Part shown: piece by piece, positions 26,851-40,023 of the stretch
Position numbering within the stretch: position 1 is the stretch's first letter
Layout: the number at the start of each line of letters is the position of its first letter
Assembly (NCBI RefSeq): GCF_035084215.1
Contig: NC_090336.1
Span: 39,060,001-39,124,000, forward strand
DNA: 64,000 nt
Direction: 5' to 3'
Origin: Heptranchias perlo
Taxonomy: Eukaryota
The notes under the pieces: model-generated
The model's input: the letters and a program-made list of their open reading frames with translations, nothing else
The model's database searches: none
What the model was told of the DNA's origin: nothing
Translations under genes and position numbers: made by a program

Positions 26851-28720
26851 TCATGTATACAACATTACTCTGTTCACCCTTGTACATTCCCTCAGTGCCG
26901 TCTCTTCGTGTGTGCCTTTTCCTTTCCTAGTGTTCCTACGAGGTGCATCCCCAGTGGCTAGAGCATGGGTGGTGGAAGGCTGCTGGCTTTCAATTGAGGA
27001 GAGTGCAGATGGCCATGGAGGACGACCTCGAGCAGCTCTAGGCCGGGAGAGCCCAGCTTCAGACTGCACCATCTCAGCCTGGGCTGCAGCAGGGCACTGG
27101 CGGAGTGGCAGGGGTGGGAGCAGGAATGCTGTCATCCTGGGAAAGGACATCAGGTTCAACTGCCATGGTGCCACTGCCACTCTCCCGGGGCGGCGCCTCA
27201 GTAATTCTGGTGATCTGCTGGAGAACAGGTTGCTGGAGTGCTAACACACCCTGGAAGCCCCGTTTCACAGTGGTACCCAGAGCCACGATAGCAGCAGTCT
27301 GAGTCTGGAACGCAGTAGTCTGAGCTTCCAAAGCACCAGTCTGAGCTCCGAAGGAAGCATGCAGACTTTTGAAGTCATCTGTTTGTGCTGCAATGGAAGC
27401 TGAGACATTGGTCATCAGGCGCTGCATCATGGTGGGTTACACAGGTGTCCTGATAGAGGTGACCATATGGGAAAGGATGGGCTCCAAGCTCTGCGCAAAG
27501 CCCTGTGCCAAGTTGGAGCTGGACTCTTCCATGACCATTGGCATTGTGCGTAGGTTTTCTGGCAGGCTTTCCAGTGCCTCCAGCATTTGGCTGTGTACGC
27601 CCATCAGCCACCTTCTGTAGCCTGGCCCATTGAAGTCGTCACCTGACTCCTCGGCAGCAGTACTAGTGAGCGACCTCACCCTCCAGTGAGCTGGAACCTG
27701 TGGTATCCGCTCCCCCCACCCCGGCTCCTGCGCACTTGTGCCTGGTGTCTCACCATGTGCCGATCCCTCCTCTATCCTAGCCTCTACACTACGCACAGTT
27801 TCAGTATCTGAGCTGGTGGATGCAAGTCTCAGACCGAGTGACGGTGCGACTTCATTGTCAGTGTCTTCCTCCTCCTCCACCTCGGACGGTGCCGGCTCCA
27901 GGTCTTGGGTACCTGCAATGACAAAGGGACATGGGTTGAATTGTGGAGCGGGTGTGGAGAAAGAAAGACATGCGTGCTGACACCATCTGCAGCACGTGAG
28001 TCAGAAAAGATGAGGGAGATGTGGGAAACGAGGAAGAGGATCAGGTATGTCAAGACCTTCATTGTCAGGACCTCCAGAACCGCCAGTGGCCACGGCCACA
28101 GCGATGGCTCGCCCAATGATCCCCAGCACTGTCTCCTCCATGGGGGTGAGGACGTGTAGGCGTGCTTGTCCTCCATTCGTTCTTCCCTGCTGCTGGCTGT
28201 TGTGCGCCACCTTCTCCTGCAAGACAGAGGGAAGTGTGTCAGTGAGTGTCCTGCAAGATGTTTGGGTGATGTGCCTGTCATGGTTGAATAGCTGCCAGTG
28301 TGTGTGACCTGTGAGTTGAGGGCGTGTGGATTGCCAGAGTGGTACTATGTTAGGGTGAGATGCAGCATCCAAAGTGCAGCGTTGCGTACGGGTGGGTGAC
28401 GGGGAGATGTTGTGCATGGAGCAGTGGTACAGTTGGTAGGATGTGCCACTTGACAAACGCATTCACTCACCTTGACCATTCATGTCAAATCATTGAACTT
28501 TTTCTTGTACTGCATCCACGTGCGTGGTGCAATGCTCCTGTCGTTCACGTTCACCTCCAGGGCCACTTCCTCCCACTGCCTCCACAGCTGGTGTTTGGAG
28601 GGTCTCCTGCCAAGCTACGGATAAAGGACAGTCCTCTGTGCATCCACCTCCTCCACCAAGGTCTCCAGTGCATCATTGGAGAACCTCGGTGCACGCTCTC
28701 TTGCAGGTCCAGCCATTCCA
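26851..28720 (-). pseudogene. Harbinger Myb/SANT-like DNA-binding protein pseudogene, three exons
   Basis: Exon 1 (~28720-28471) reads APRFSNDALETLVEEV...WEEVA...RTWMQYKKKFNDLT and ends at a GTGAGT donor. Exon 2 starts at 28216 after ttgcAG (EKVAHN...TNGG...LTPMEE). Exon 3 starts at about 27912 (acidic, then coiled-coil-like). Confidence 0.8.
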
Positions 28721-30012
28721 CTTGTCTTCCTCCACCGATTGCATTGACAGTGCACCCCCCCCCCTTTAATAGGTGCAGGCTGCCTTTAAGTAGTGCTGGC
28801 CACACCCCATATTGGGCCCTCTGCTGGTGCGTGCAGGCAATCAGCAGCGCGGGTAGCACTGGCTGCACACAGAAATTGGGTAAATGACCAGGCAGCATGA
28901 ATCGCACATGCTGTCTGCATCGCAACGACCGGGCGCGGGTTAATCGCGCACTGCGACCCCCACGTCCGAATTCAAGGGTTATCGAATTTAACCCCCAATA
29001 TGTCGAAGTACTTCATTGGTATGTAAAGATTGTAAGGAACATAAAATGTGATTGTGATTCTGAGTTTGTAATCCGCTGTGATATTTAGTTCCCTTGTCCA
29101 TGGTAAAAAAAACTGGAGCATATTCCATTTATATCATGGTGTAAATGTTGTGTTGTCCCTCGAAAGCACTCACAATGCTAAGGCACATTTCTGTTGCAGA
29201 ATTGATTGATAGTTGCCACTTTGAACATCATCTATTGGAAGGTACTGACTATGGGAGAGACAGACGATGGGTTCATTAGAAAACTGCTGGAGGCTAAGAG
29301 TTCTGATCATTTTGAAGCTGTGTTTTCTAGCAAGGCTTTATTAAGCATATTACTGTCACTAAGCTGTCAAATTCTTTTACCCGAGTCACCTGTCCTACAA
29401 GGTAATGAAACTTCTGTGCCACAGTATTTGTTGCTGTATCAGTCACTTTACCTTTCACAGAACCTTGTGCTGGCTGGTGCACAGAGTATGAATAACAAAT
29501 TTTAGTAGAGGTGCAAGCAAACATTGAACTTTGTTTTATCGTCTTTTGGGGAAGGGAAGAATAATTAATAATTCAAATATGTTTTGTTAACCATAAATAA
29601 AAAATATTGAGAGAGCATATGAAACACGCAAGTTGCTATATGTTAGCTTCTATTTAAAGTTACCTAATTTAAAGTGAGGTAAAATTACTTGGAACTAGGT
29701 TGGCTTAAGACAAACGAATTGTATGGCACAAATTATGTGATTGTGCCTGTGATTGTAACCATACTGGGACTGCTGTTCTTGAAGCATTAGCCTACCTGCA
29801 CCCAAACAAATTAACATTGTACCATAATGCAAGGCTAACTTAATTACCTATTTTAGTGGTGCTTCTGCTGCATAGATGCATAGAGCAAGATATAGAGGGA
29901 GGATTTCATTAGCCATGTATAAATGTCTGGTGTACAATGCCACCATTTTATTTTTTGCATACCATGGACAACAATGTCTTTGTTGAAAAAACTGGCCACT
30001 GCTGACCAAGTT

Positions 30013-30227
30013 ACAAATGTAAGGAATCTTACAACACCAGGTTATAGTCCAACAATTTTATTTTAAAATCACAAGCTTTCGGAGATTATCCCCTTCGTCA
30101 GGTGAATCACGAAGGGGATAATCTCCGAAAGCTTGTGATTTTAAAATAAAATTGTTGGACTATAACCTGGTGTTGTAAGATTCCTTACATTTGTCCACCC
30201 CAGTCCATCACCGGCATCTCCACATCA
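30013..30227. mobile_element. PLE-derived fold-back element with hammerhead (family A, copy 1)
   Basis: Perfect 86-bp inverted arms 30013-30098 / 30109-30194, 10-nt spacer, tail ccaccccagtccatcaccggcatctccacatca, TSD tgaccaagttaca (30003-30015, 30228-30240). Confidence 0.9.
30069..30105 (-). ncRNA. Minimal hammerhead ribozyme in fold-back copy 1
   Basis: Minus strand: tcac-CTGACGA-a-gggga(taa)tctcc-GAAA-gctt-gtga; core intact. Confidence 0.75.
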
Positions 30228-31600
30228 TGACCAAGTTACAGAGAGGGTTGTAGTTAAAGCTAGCCCTCTAACAAAGAGAGGACCACCCAGGAATAAACCT
30301 TTACATTTTTAGAATGGGCCTCCTTCCGTTCCAAATGGCCCCCCTCAGTGACTAAAATGCTACTCAGGCACTCCAGTCAAATTAGGGGATGCCCCCTAAT
30401 TCAAATAACTTATTAAACCTTATGAGCCTTCCACACGTTTAATGTACAGGCTCCCAGCACAAGGACCGCATTGAGGCTCTAGGTGAATCGGGCATAGAGT
30501 ATGCCTCAGTGCCCAATAATACATGGTGCCTGTCATCGTATTATCCACCGCTATTTATACTGACTAAATAAGGAACAAAATGGGACTTTGGAACTAATTG
30601 CTTCTATTAGAATTTTTCCCAGAATTTGTTAACATCAGTATTGCCTGAAAATGAACTTGAATCTCGTCATCAGGATTTTTTTCCCCTTATGTAGGCCAGG
30701 AATACTAACACCAATTGTAGCAGTGCTACCACTGAGATCAGATAACCCAGCACAAGCTGGGGACTGAACATGGGACTATCCCAGTCTATATAGCTTACTT
30801 CCACACTAGTCAGTTCACTTACCAATGTAGCTAGTGGAAAAACACAGAGCTGTTTTTTGATAAATGGTTTGCATGATATCAATGGTAATCACTTAGCAAC
30901 TACAACAACTTCCAACATGAATAGTACACAAGTATATTGTCATTGTGCAGCACGCAGACTAAAAATGACAATGGAGCAACATTCAAAAACCTGCAGAGAT
31001 AAATCACATGACATTCCAAAACATGTCTGTCATAGCCTCTGAATACATCCACAGTACCAAGTCTACTCAAGATTTACAAAAATACTGAATAACAACCGCT
31101 GTATAAACTTTATTTAATTGCAGAAACCACTAAAAACAGTGTAAATGGATTGTACATTAGGAAACAATGGTTTAGAAAATAAACCACCTATTACGGCTGG
31201 CATAATTAAATTGCCACTTTTGGAATATACAGCCTTCATCATTCAGTCGTTGCATGATTTGCATCCTCTACCGAATTTACTAAGAAAGACTTATTAAAAA
31301 GTTTTGATTTGATAAAGAATATTTTTTTCTATGCTAGGTCGCATAAGAAGCTGACACTAAGCCGAGTCAAGAATATCATGGAGCAAAAAGAAAAAATAGT
31401 TCATGGTGGAGTTTAGCACTGCTAAATGAATATTCAAAACCACATTGAATATTACATTTTATATTTATAGCAGATTTTACCAGGAACAGCCAGGAGGAAT
31501 GAACATAAATTACAATGTGTTCAATCTGCAATTCTTTACAGCTGATGGACTTGGCATTTTTTTTAAGTTACAATTAAAAACACTAACAATTTGAGCTCTA

Positions 31601-32500
31601 ATCATAGAATCATAGAAAGGTTACAGCACGGAAGGAGGCCATTCGGCCTATCGAGTCCGCGCCGGCTCTATGCAAGAGCAATCCAGCTAGTCCCACTCCC
31701 CCGCCCTTTCCCCGTGGCCCTGCCAATTTTTTCCTTTGAAGTACTTGTCCAGTCCTCTTTTGAAGGCCATGATTGAATCTGCCTCTATCACCCCCTCGGG
31801 CAGTGCATTCCAGATCCTAACCACTCGCTGTGTAAAAAAGTTTTTCCTCATGTCACCTTTGGTTTGTTTGCCAATCACCTTAAATCTATGTCCTCTGGTC
31901 CTTAACCCTTCCGCCAATGGGAACAGTTTCTCCCTATCTACTCTGTCCAGATCTTTCATGAATTTGAATAACTCTATCAAATCGCCTCTCAACCTTCTCT
32001 TCCAAGGAGAACAATCCCAGCTTCTCAAGTCTATCCACGTAACTAAAGTCCCCCATCCCTGGAATCATTCTAGTAAATCTCTTCTGCACCCTCTCTAAGG
32101 CCTTCACATCTTTCCTGAAGTGCGGTGCCCAGAACTGGATACAATACTCCAATTGTGGCCGAACCAGTGTTTTATAAAGGTTCATATGACTTCCATACTT
32201 TTGTACTCTATGCCTCTATTTATAAAGCCCAGGATCCCGTATGCTTTTTTAACCGCTTTCTCAACCTGCCCTGCCACCTTCAACGATTTGTGTACATATA
32301 CCCCCAGATCTCTGTTCCTGGACCCTTTTAGGGTTGTGCCCTGTAGTTTATATTGCCTCTCCTCGTTCTTCTTACCGAAATGTATCACTTCGCATTTTTC
32401 TGCGTTAAATTTCATCTGCCGTGTGTCCGCCCATGCCACCAGCTTGTCTATATCCTCTTGAAGTCTATCACTATCCTCCTCACTGTTTACCACCCTTCCA
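31601..32500 (-). mobile_element. CR1/HER1 LINE, 5'-truncated
   Basis: ORFs with WQMKFN-like, LYKTLVRPQLEYC and RKNFFTQRVVRIWNALP motifs; (atcataga)n tail at 31601. Confidence 0.93.
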
Positions 32501-32597
32501 AAAAATGATTCATTGAATGTGTTTCCTGGTGAGTTACTGAGCCATGCAAACCAGGAAGGTCCCAGGTTTGATCCCCTGTCTATACTAAGTTAGCTTT

Positions 32598-35310
32598 GAT
32601 AAGAACATAAGAAATAGGAGCAGGAGTAGGCCAATTGGCCCCTCGAGCCTGCTCCTAACCTCAAATCTAAAGAACACAAGAAGTAGGAGGAGGACCCGGC
32701 CACTCAGCCCCTAGGCCCGCTCCGTCACCCACAGGGCATTGACCGATCCGAACTCAGCTTCATGTCCAATTTCCTGCCTGCTCCCCGTTACCCCTAATTC
32801 CCTTTACTTCGAGGAAACTGTCTATTTCTGTTTTAAATTTATTTAATGATGTAGCTTCCACAGCTTCCTGGGGCAGCAAATTCCACAGACCTACTACCCT
32901 CTGAGTGAAGAAGTTTCTCCTCATCTCAGTTTTGAAAGAGCAGCCCCTTATTCTAAGATTATGCCCCCTAGTTCTAGTTTCACCCATCCTTGGGAACATC
33001 CTTACCGCATCCACCCGATCAAGCCCCTTCACAATCTTATATGTTTCAATAAGATCGCCTCTCATTCTTCTGAACTCCAATGAGTAGAGTCCCAATCTAC
33101 TCAATCTCTCCTCATCCCCGAGATTAACCGAGTGAACCTTTGTACTGCCTCGAGAGCAAATATGTCTTTTCTTAAGTATGGACACCAAAACTGTATGCAG
33201 TATTCCAGGTGCAGTCTCACCAATACCTTATATAACTGCAGCAATACCTCCCTGTTTTTATATTCTATCCCCCAGCAATAAAAGCCAACATTCCATTGTC
33301 CGCCTTGATCACCTGCTGCACCTGCATACTAACGTTTTGATTTTCTTGCACTAGGACCCCCAGATCCCTTTGTACTGCAGTACTTTCCAGTTTCTCACCA
33401 TTAAGATAATAACTTGCTCTCTGATTTTTCCTGCCAAAGTGCATAACCTCACATTTTCCAATATTGTATTGCATCTGCCAAATCTCTGCCCACTCACCCA
33501 GCCTGTCTATATCCCCTTGTAGGTTTTTTATGTCCTCCTCACTCTCCACTTTCCCTCCCATCTTTGTATCAGTGGAATATATTTTTTTTGAATGTTGTAA
33601 AATAACTCTTTAAATGAACACAACTGCTCATGTATCATCTTACCCTTTAATCTATTTTCCCAGTCCACTTTAATCAATTCCGCTCTCATACCATCATAGT
33701 CTCCTTTATTCAAGCTCAGTACGCTTGTTTGAGAACCAACCTTCTCACCCTCTAATTGGATATGGAATTTAACCAGGTTATGGTCACTCATTCCAAGGGG
33801 ATCCTTAACTAGGACATTATTAATTAATCCTGGCTCATTACACAGGACCAGGTCCAAGGTTGCTTGCCCCCTTGTAGGATCAGTTACATACTGCTCAAGA
33901 AATCCATCTCTAATACACTCAATAAACTCTTCCTCAAGGCTGCCCTGCCCAATTTGATTTGTCCAGTTAATATGATAGTTAAAATCCCCCATAATTATAG
34001 CTGTTCCCTTATTACATGCCCCGACTATTTCCTGATTAATACTTCTTCCAGCAGAGTTGCAACTATTAGGAGGCCTAAATACTACGTCCACTAGTGTTTT
34101 TTTTCCCCTTATTATTCCTTATCTCTACCCAAACTCTTTCATTATCCTGATCCTTTGTCCCAATATCATGTCTCTGTATTACAGTGATTCCTTCCCTTAT
34201 TAACATAGCCACCCCACCTCCCCTTCCTTCATGCCTGTCCTTCCTGATTGTTAAATACCCTGGCATATTTAATTCCCAGTCGTTGTCACCCTGCAGCCAT
34301 GTTTCTGTAATGGCCACACGATCATACCCATACGTAGTTATTTGTGCCGTTAACTCGTCCATTTTGTTATGAATGCTACGTGCATTCAGATAAAGAACTT
34401 TCAAATATGTTTTGTGACACTTAGTTCCTGCTTTTTCCTTTTTTAACACTTTACCTTTTACTCCATACCTTCTGTCCTTTCCTGACACGCTTTCCTCTGT
34501 CACCTTGCTCAGGTTCCCAACCCCCTGCCACTTTAGTTTAAACCCAGTGATACAGAAGCACAGTACATTAGTGATTCAGCACCCTGTCGTGGACTAAGAT
34601 TTAGGCTCATGCAAACAATTGACACAGATTTCTGATGATAACTATGGTGCTAGGGGTAGGGTCCACGCAAAGGAAACTTAACCATAGGGAGGGACGATTA
34701 GAGAAAGTGTCATCCTGCATTGCTTTTCCCCAGCTCTTGGCCTGTAATCAGCTGGGTTACAAAGTGTCACTAGCAAACACTCCTCCTAGGACAGCGGTCC
34801 CGGCCCTGCCCAGGTGCAGACCATCCGGTTTGTACTGGTCCCACCTCCCCCAGAACCGGTTCCAATGCCCCAGGAATTTGAATCCCTCCTCCTTGCACCA
34901 CTCCTCTAGCCACATATTCATTTGAAATATCCTCCTATTTCTACTCTGACTAGCACGTGGCACTGGTAGCAATCCTGAGATTGCTACCTTTGAGGTCCTA
35001 TTTTTCAATTTACCTCCTAACTCCCTATATTCTGCTTTGAGGACTTCATTCCCTTTTTTACCTATATCGTTGGTGCCTACATGCACCACGACAACTGGCT
35101 GTTCACCCTCCCCCTCCAAAATGTTCTGTAGCCACTCTGAGACGTCCTTGACCCTTGCACCAGGGAGGCAACACACCATCCTGGAGTCTCGGTTGCGGCC
35201 GCAGAAACGCCTGTCTATTCCCCTTACAATTGAGTCCCCTATCACTATAGCTCTTCCACTTTTTTTCCTCCCAGCCTGTGCAGCAGAGCCACCCATGGTG
35301 CCAGGAAGTT
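32598..35310 (-). mobile_element. CR1/HER1 LINE with ORF1 esterase, endonuclease and RT C-terminus; internally deleted
   Basis: ORF1 SGNH esterase (IVIGDSIVRG, CLPGARV, VHVGTND, DGLHL; 34772-35296), endonuclease (YLNARSI, AITETWL, IMGDFN, SDHN) and RT C-terminus. The RT core is missing at a junction near 33571. Confidence 0.93.
34547..34771 (+). repeat. 225-bp copy of 36139-36363 inserted in CR1 ORF1
   Basis: Appears identical to 36139-36363 (gtgatacagaagc...aaagtgtcact); ORFs 34635 and 36227 share the same translation. Confidence 0.92.
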
Positions 35311-36138
35311 GATAGCAGTGGAATGGATAATTGGCTTAGTATACCATGCCAGGGAGGGAGAAAACTCAGAATTTCCTTGACTGTCATACTCCCTGACTCA
35401 CTGTTGAAAAGTGTACATGTGTAAATGTTGGAGGTGACCAGATCTGTCTCAGGTGTGATGCACCACACAGTTGAATAGCCTGAAAATGCTCACTGTTATG
35501 GCCCTTTTGGTGAGGTAATAGGATGGCTGTCATGGAACTGTGCCAGCAAGTGCCCATGGAACTGTATGCCAGCAAGAAATAGTGTTTTCAGGAGAGGGGG
35601 AGATTAAAAAGAGAAAAAATGGAGGAAAATGTATTATAATAAAATAACATATCAAGCAGGATATGTTCCAAAACATGGTTCACATGCTGATATTTTTTTA
35701 GCATATTCCGGCCCACTATGTGTTGCTTCACCTGAGTTCTCCTTCTGTAGAGACCATTTACCTACTAATAATATTAAAATTACTCCAAATTTAAACAATA
35801 TTAAATGGTATACCTATGTAATTGAACAGAATTTGAAAATATAATTTATTTAGCATCCTAAAACCAAATACAGTGTTTGATTGAAATAACATAAGGAGTT
35901 GCATGATGTTTAAGGTTTAAAGACATAGTATAACCAGGTATTTGTATAGGCTGTCATATGCTCCTTAACATTGTTAACTTTTTAGATTTGTGGTTATGTC
36001 CTTGACAAAATTGCTTAGATTTTCTAGAAATAAGAGGTGGAAGAAAAACTGTAATTCTGCACCATTTTCCCTGAGAAATGATTTCAGAATTAAAATTGTT
36101 TGTTTTTGCTTATCGGCGATATTAAAGAAACATTCATT

Positions 36139-36363
36139 GTGATACAGAAGCACAGTACATTAGTGATTCAGCACCCTGTCGTGGACTAAGATTTAGGCTC
36201 ATGCAAACAATTGACACAGATTTCTGATGATAACTATGGTGCTAGGGGTAGGGTCCACGCAAAGGAAACTTAACCATAGGGAGGGACGATTAGAGAAAGT
36301 GTCATCCTGCATTGCTTTTCCCCAGCTCTTGGCCTGTAATCAGCTGGGTTACAAAGTGTCACT
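36139..36363 (+). repeat. Likely donor of the 225-bp duplication
   Basis: Same sequence as 34547-34771, here embedded in unique-looking DNA. Confidence 0.9.
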
Positions 36364-36599
36364 GTTCCTTTTCACTGGAGAACACAAAGGAAAACTGTGC
36401 AGTTGGGACTGAAATGGTGTTTTTACTTTGTACTTAGTTGCAAGAAGAACTCAGCAACTGGTGATGCGCTTAATGATGGTTGGCTCGAGCTGTGACTGAA
36501 GTGCAGTGTGTTTTGTTGGTTGCCAGCTGGGCCACCTGCAGGAAGTGTGACGGGGGCTGAGATCACCAGGATCCACTCTGACTACAATTCTCTGCGCAC

Positions 36600-36927
36600 G
36601 TAGGAACACAGGAACAGGAGTGGGCATTCGACCCCTCGAGCCTGTTCCGCCATTCATTTAGATCATGCCTGATCTGTATCTTAACTCTGCCTTGATTCCG
36701 TAACCCTTAATACCCTTACCTCACAAAAATCTTTCAATCTCAGTTTTGGGATTTTTAATTGACCCCCAGCCTCAACAGCTTTTTGGGTGAGTGAGTTCCA
36801 GATTTGCACTACCCTTTGTGTGAAGAAGTGCTTCCTGACATCACCTCTGAATGACCTAGCTCTAATTTTAAAGTTATACCCCTTGTTCTGGACTTCCACC
36901 AGAGGAAATAGTTTCTCTCTATCTACC
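36600..36927 (-). mobile_element. CR1/HER1 3' fragment
   Basis: VDREKLFPLV...RKHFFTQRVVQIWNSL and a CR1 3' tail. Confidence 0.9.
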
Positions 36928-39174
36928 ACCCACAAACACACTGCACAGGGAGTCTCAAGATTTAATCTCTCAATTGGAAGTGCAGAGTGACAGGAGTCTG
37001 GAGAAGTGGACAGGATGTAATGCAAGAAGGGAAGCAGGCTAAATGCAGGGTGAGCGTCATTGTCTGCAATTTCGATTGCACTGCTATTGGGTCACACCGT
37101 GCCTGACCTGTTATGCCATTCTAAAACCTCTATTAGCATTTTATAACATTTATTTTTTGTAAACCTGGTTGACGAAGAATGTCTTCTTACAGTGCAAGAG
37201 ATAGGAGAGTCTTTGAAAGGATTTTTTTTTCAAGTTTCAGCTGGTGAATTCTAATACTCTGCTGTTAGTTGTCTGTAAGTAAGCAATGTTCCCCTTTAAA
37301 ATGAAGCAACACATTTGTGGAGACAGCTCAGAAAACATATCCACAGCAAATTTAATGCAGCGCATTCTTAGTCTCTACAATTGGTTTTACATCAGGGTTA
37401 TATCAGTTGTTATTGATGCAATACAGCTAGAACCATAGATAATGAAAATGTAGAAATGCATTAAACATAAATGTACTGCCAAAAGTAGGTTCAATAATTC
37501 ATGTCGGAGGATGTATATTTTGACATGGTTTTGACATCCACGTTACGGCTATTTTTATGCATGATGGCTGAAACTGTTCTCAGGGATGCCGTAGCAACCT
37601 CTTTTGGGAACGTGTCTGTGGTGAGAAAAACTTTCCTTTTATCCCATCATTCCTGTCAAGCAGATCCCATTGGGAGTTATATGCCACATGCCTGACAGTC
37701 CTTTACATGTCTAACAATTCAGATCTTTAACCTGTCTCTAACTGGAGGTTTACATTACGTGAAGAGGGTCTATAAGTAACTGACATCCAAAGGTGGGAAT
37801 GTATTTAAACAATATATGGTACATCACACTCGCTGAGAATTAAAGATGCTAAACAATGAAGCCTGAGGCCAAGACACTTATGCAGTGTGTATGAGTCCCT
37901 TTGAGCCTAGAAAGTGTTACTCAAACATTTTTTAAAAAATGTTTTGATGTCCATTTTCAATTGCAACAAATAATGAAAAATTATTTTAAAATTCTTCTAG
38001 GCATATTGTGCTTCTGAAGCCATTAGGTACACACACATGCCAACCTAGAAATCTAACAAAAGCTGACCAACAACTTCAAAACAAAACCTGACAGACCCAA
38101 AAAGCTAACAACTCAAGAATGGTTGTGTATAAACCTCTGACATGCGAAAATGAGTAGTTGCATGTAATTAAGTGGTAAGTATACTCAACATTCTTTCACT
38201 TCTATTGGAGGAAATAAATATGAATATATTTAAGCTCAAAGAGGGAAATACAAATATTGGAGACACAAAATTAGTGGTGTATTTTAGGACAGTCCTATGG
38301 CCATGTTCCCATGGAAATTCAGAATTTTTACTAAAATGATACATTCGGGTTAATTTTGATCACTTTTATATTTCACAACTGATTTTCCTTTTTTTATACA
38401 TAACATATCTAAGTAACGTTTGGATTTTGAACAGACCATCATTTCCCCCAAAAGTTACCTCAAAGCTCACTCTTCTCCATCTAACCCCTCTGCCCCGACT
38501 CAGAGACATTTTGCCCCCTCTTGACCCACTTCAAAGAGCCACTGTACCCAATCCAACTCACCACCCTTTCACAAAGGCAACCTCTCTTCTTCAGTATTCA
38601 GCTCAGCCTTGCACACTCATTTTCCAACCAGTGCAAGTAGACACTCTTCCCTTCAATCTAGTACTCGACCCCCCCCCCCCAACCCAGTTTAAGCTGGTAT
38701 TCTTCTTCCATCCTCCCATTCGAGATGGCACTCTTATTTTTCAGTTCAAACTGAAACTCTTTCCTCTCTCCAACCTGCTCAGTTCAAGCTGGCACTATTT
38801 CCCCCATCTCCCCCCCTCCCCCCCACCCCCTCCAAGTTAATGCTTGCATACTCCTTCCTCCTCCACCCAAAGCACCTCTCCCAGCTTCTCCTCCCCTCTT
38901 TCTCCCTCAGCACCATTCCCACTTCCTGTCCTCTTCATCTCCCCTTTGCTTCTTGCTTTTCATTTCTCCCCTGTCACCCATTTCTCTTCCCCTTCTTACC
39001 TCCCATTGCTATCCATTTCCCCCTTCCCTCTCCCCTCACTACTACTACTACAACCTGACTCCCACGGCTTTAAGTGATTCCGGTCAGCAAGGTTGGTAGG
39101 CGGGAACTTCTGTGCTCATGAGAATTCATGCCTACAGTATGCGAGGTTGGGACCCCTTCCGTTAACAGTAAGAA

Positions 39175-40023
39175 CAGTGCTGAGAGCAAGGGTGGAATTT
39201 GCCTTACGGGGCCCCCTACAAAGGTTCGGTTTGGGGCCCCTACATTTCACTAGACGATGATACTAAATACTACCTACACACATGTATGATCGCGATAAGG
39301 CATATTTACAATAGGCAATATAAAAATTCAAAATGATAAGCGATAAATAACACAAGAATAAATGATATCGAAAGATTAGAAAGGTCTTGAGAGACCAATG
39401 TTATTTCAGTATTTGAGCCGTATGACAACTCAGAAACTAGCTTTTCGAACTTTAGCTGCAGGGGGATTTTGCATAATACCTGAGTAGTCGAGTCGATCGT
39501 ATATTTCGTAAGAACTGAATTTCGTCTTCTCCTTCTCCCACCTCAGCCATGACTGTGGGTTTGGTGAGCAGGCGAGCACTGGGTTTGGAGCCCACTGCGT
39601 GTCCCCTGGATTACAACTCTTCTTACTACCCACTCACTCGTACTTGTTCTCCCGCGCTCACTCACTGACGCACAATCTCTCGCATTCACTCACACTCACT
39701 AACTCACACTCACTCTTCCACTGATTCACACTCTCTCACACTTATTCACTCATTCACAAACTGTCTCATTCACTCAGTTACTCTCACATTCACTCACTCT
39801 CACTCAGGAACTCATTCTCTCCTGTTTACTCTCATACTCTTATGATTGTACCCCAACCTTATAATCTTCATTTTCTTTCTCCCCTCCATCTCTCTCTCCT
39901 GACTTCTCTGACCACCTTGATTCCCCTCCGTCCTCGCCCTTTTTTCCTTTGGACCTCAGAGAGGGACCCCGACACTCTCTAGCAGCACAGTATCAGCAGC
40001 CTTAGAGTGAAAGTCTGACCCTG
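39175..40023 (-). mobile_element. Possible non-autonomous hAT remnant with internal (TCAC)n tract
   Basis: ORF 39430-39633 ends RLDYSGIMQ..AAKVRKASF*, similar to hAT transposase extreme C-termini; subterminal ggggcccc motifs; CAG..CTG ends. No TSD found. Confidence 0.35.

Larger units (their letters stand above)
25159..28996. mobile_element. PIF/Harbinger DNA transposon, near full length, decayed
   Basis: Imperfect TIRs gggctataaatt / aatttaacccc, 3-bp TSD AAT (25156-25158, 28997-28999), convergent transposase and Myb/SANT genes. Confidence 0.88.

Noticed and set aside
38427-39077. Pro/Leu/Phe-rich ORFs
   Set aside because: They are a by-product of a pyrimidine-rich low-complexity tract.
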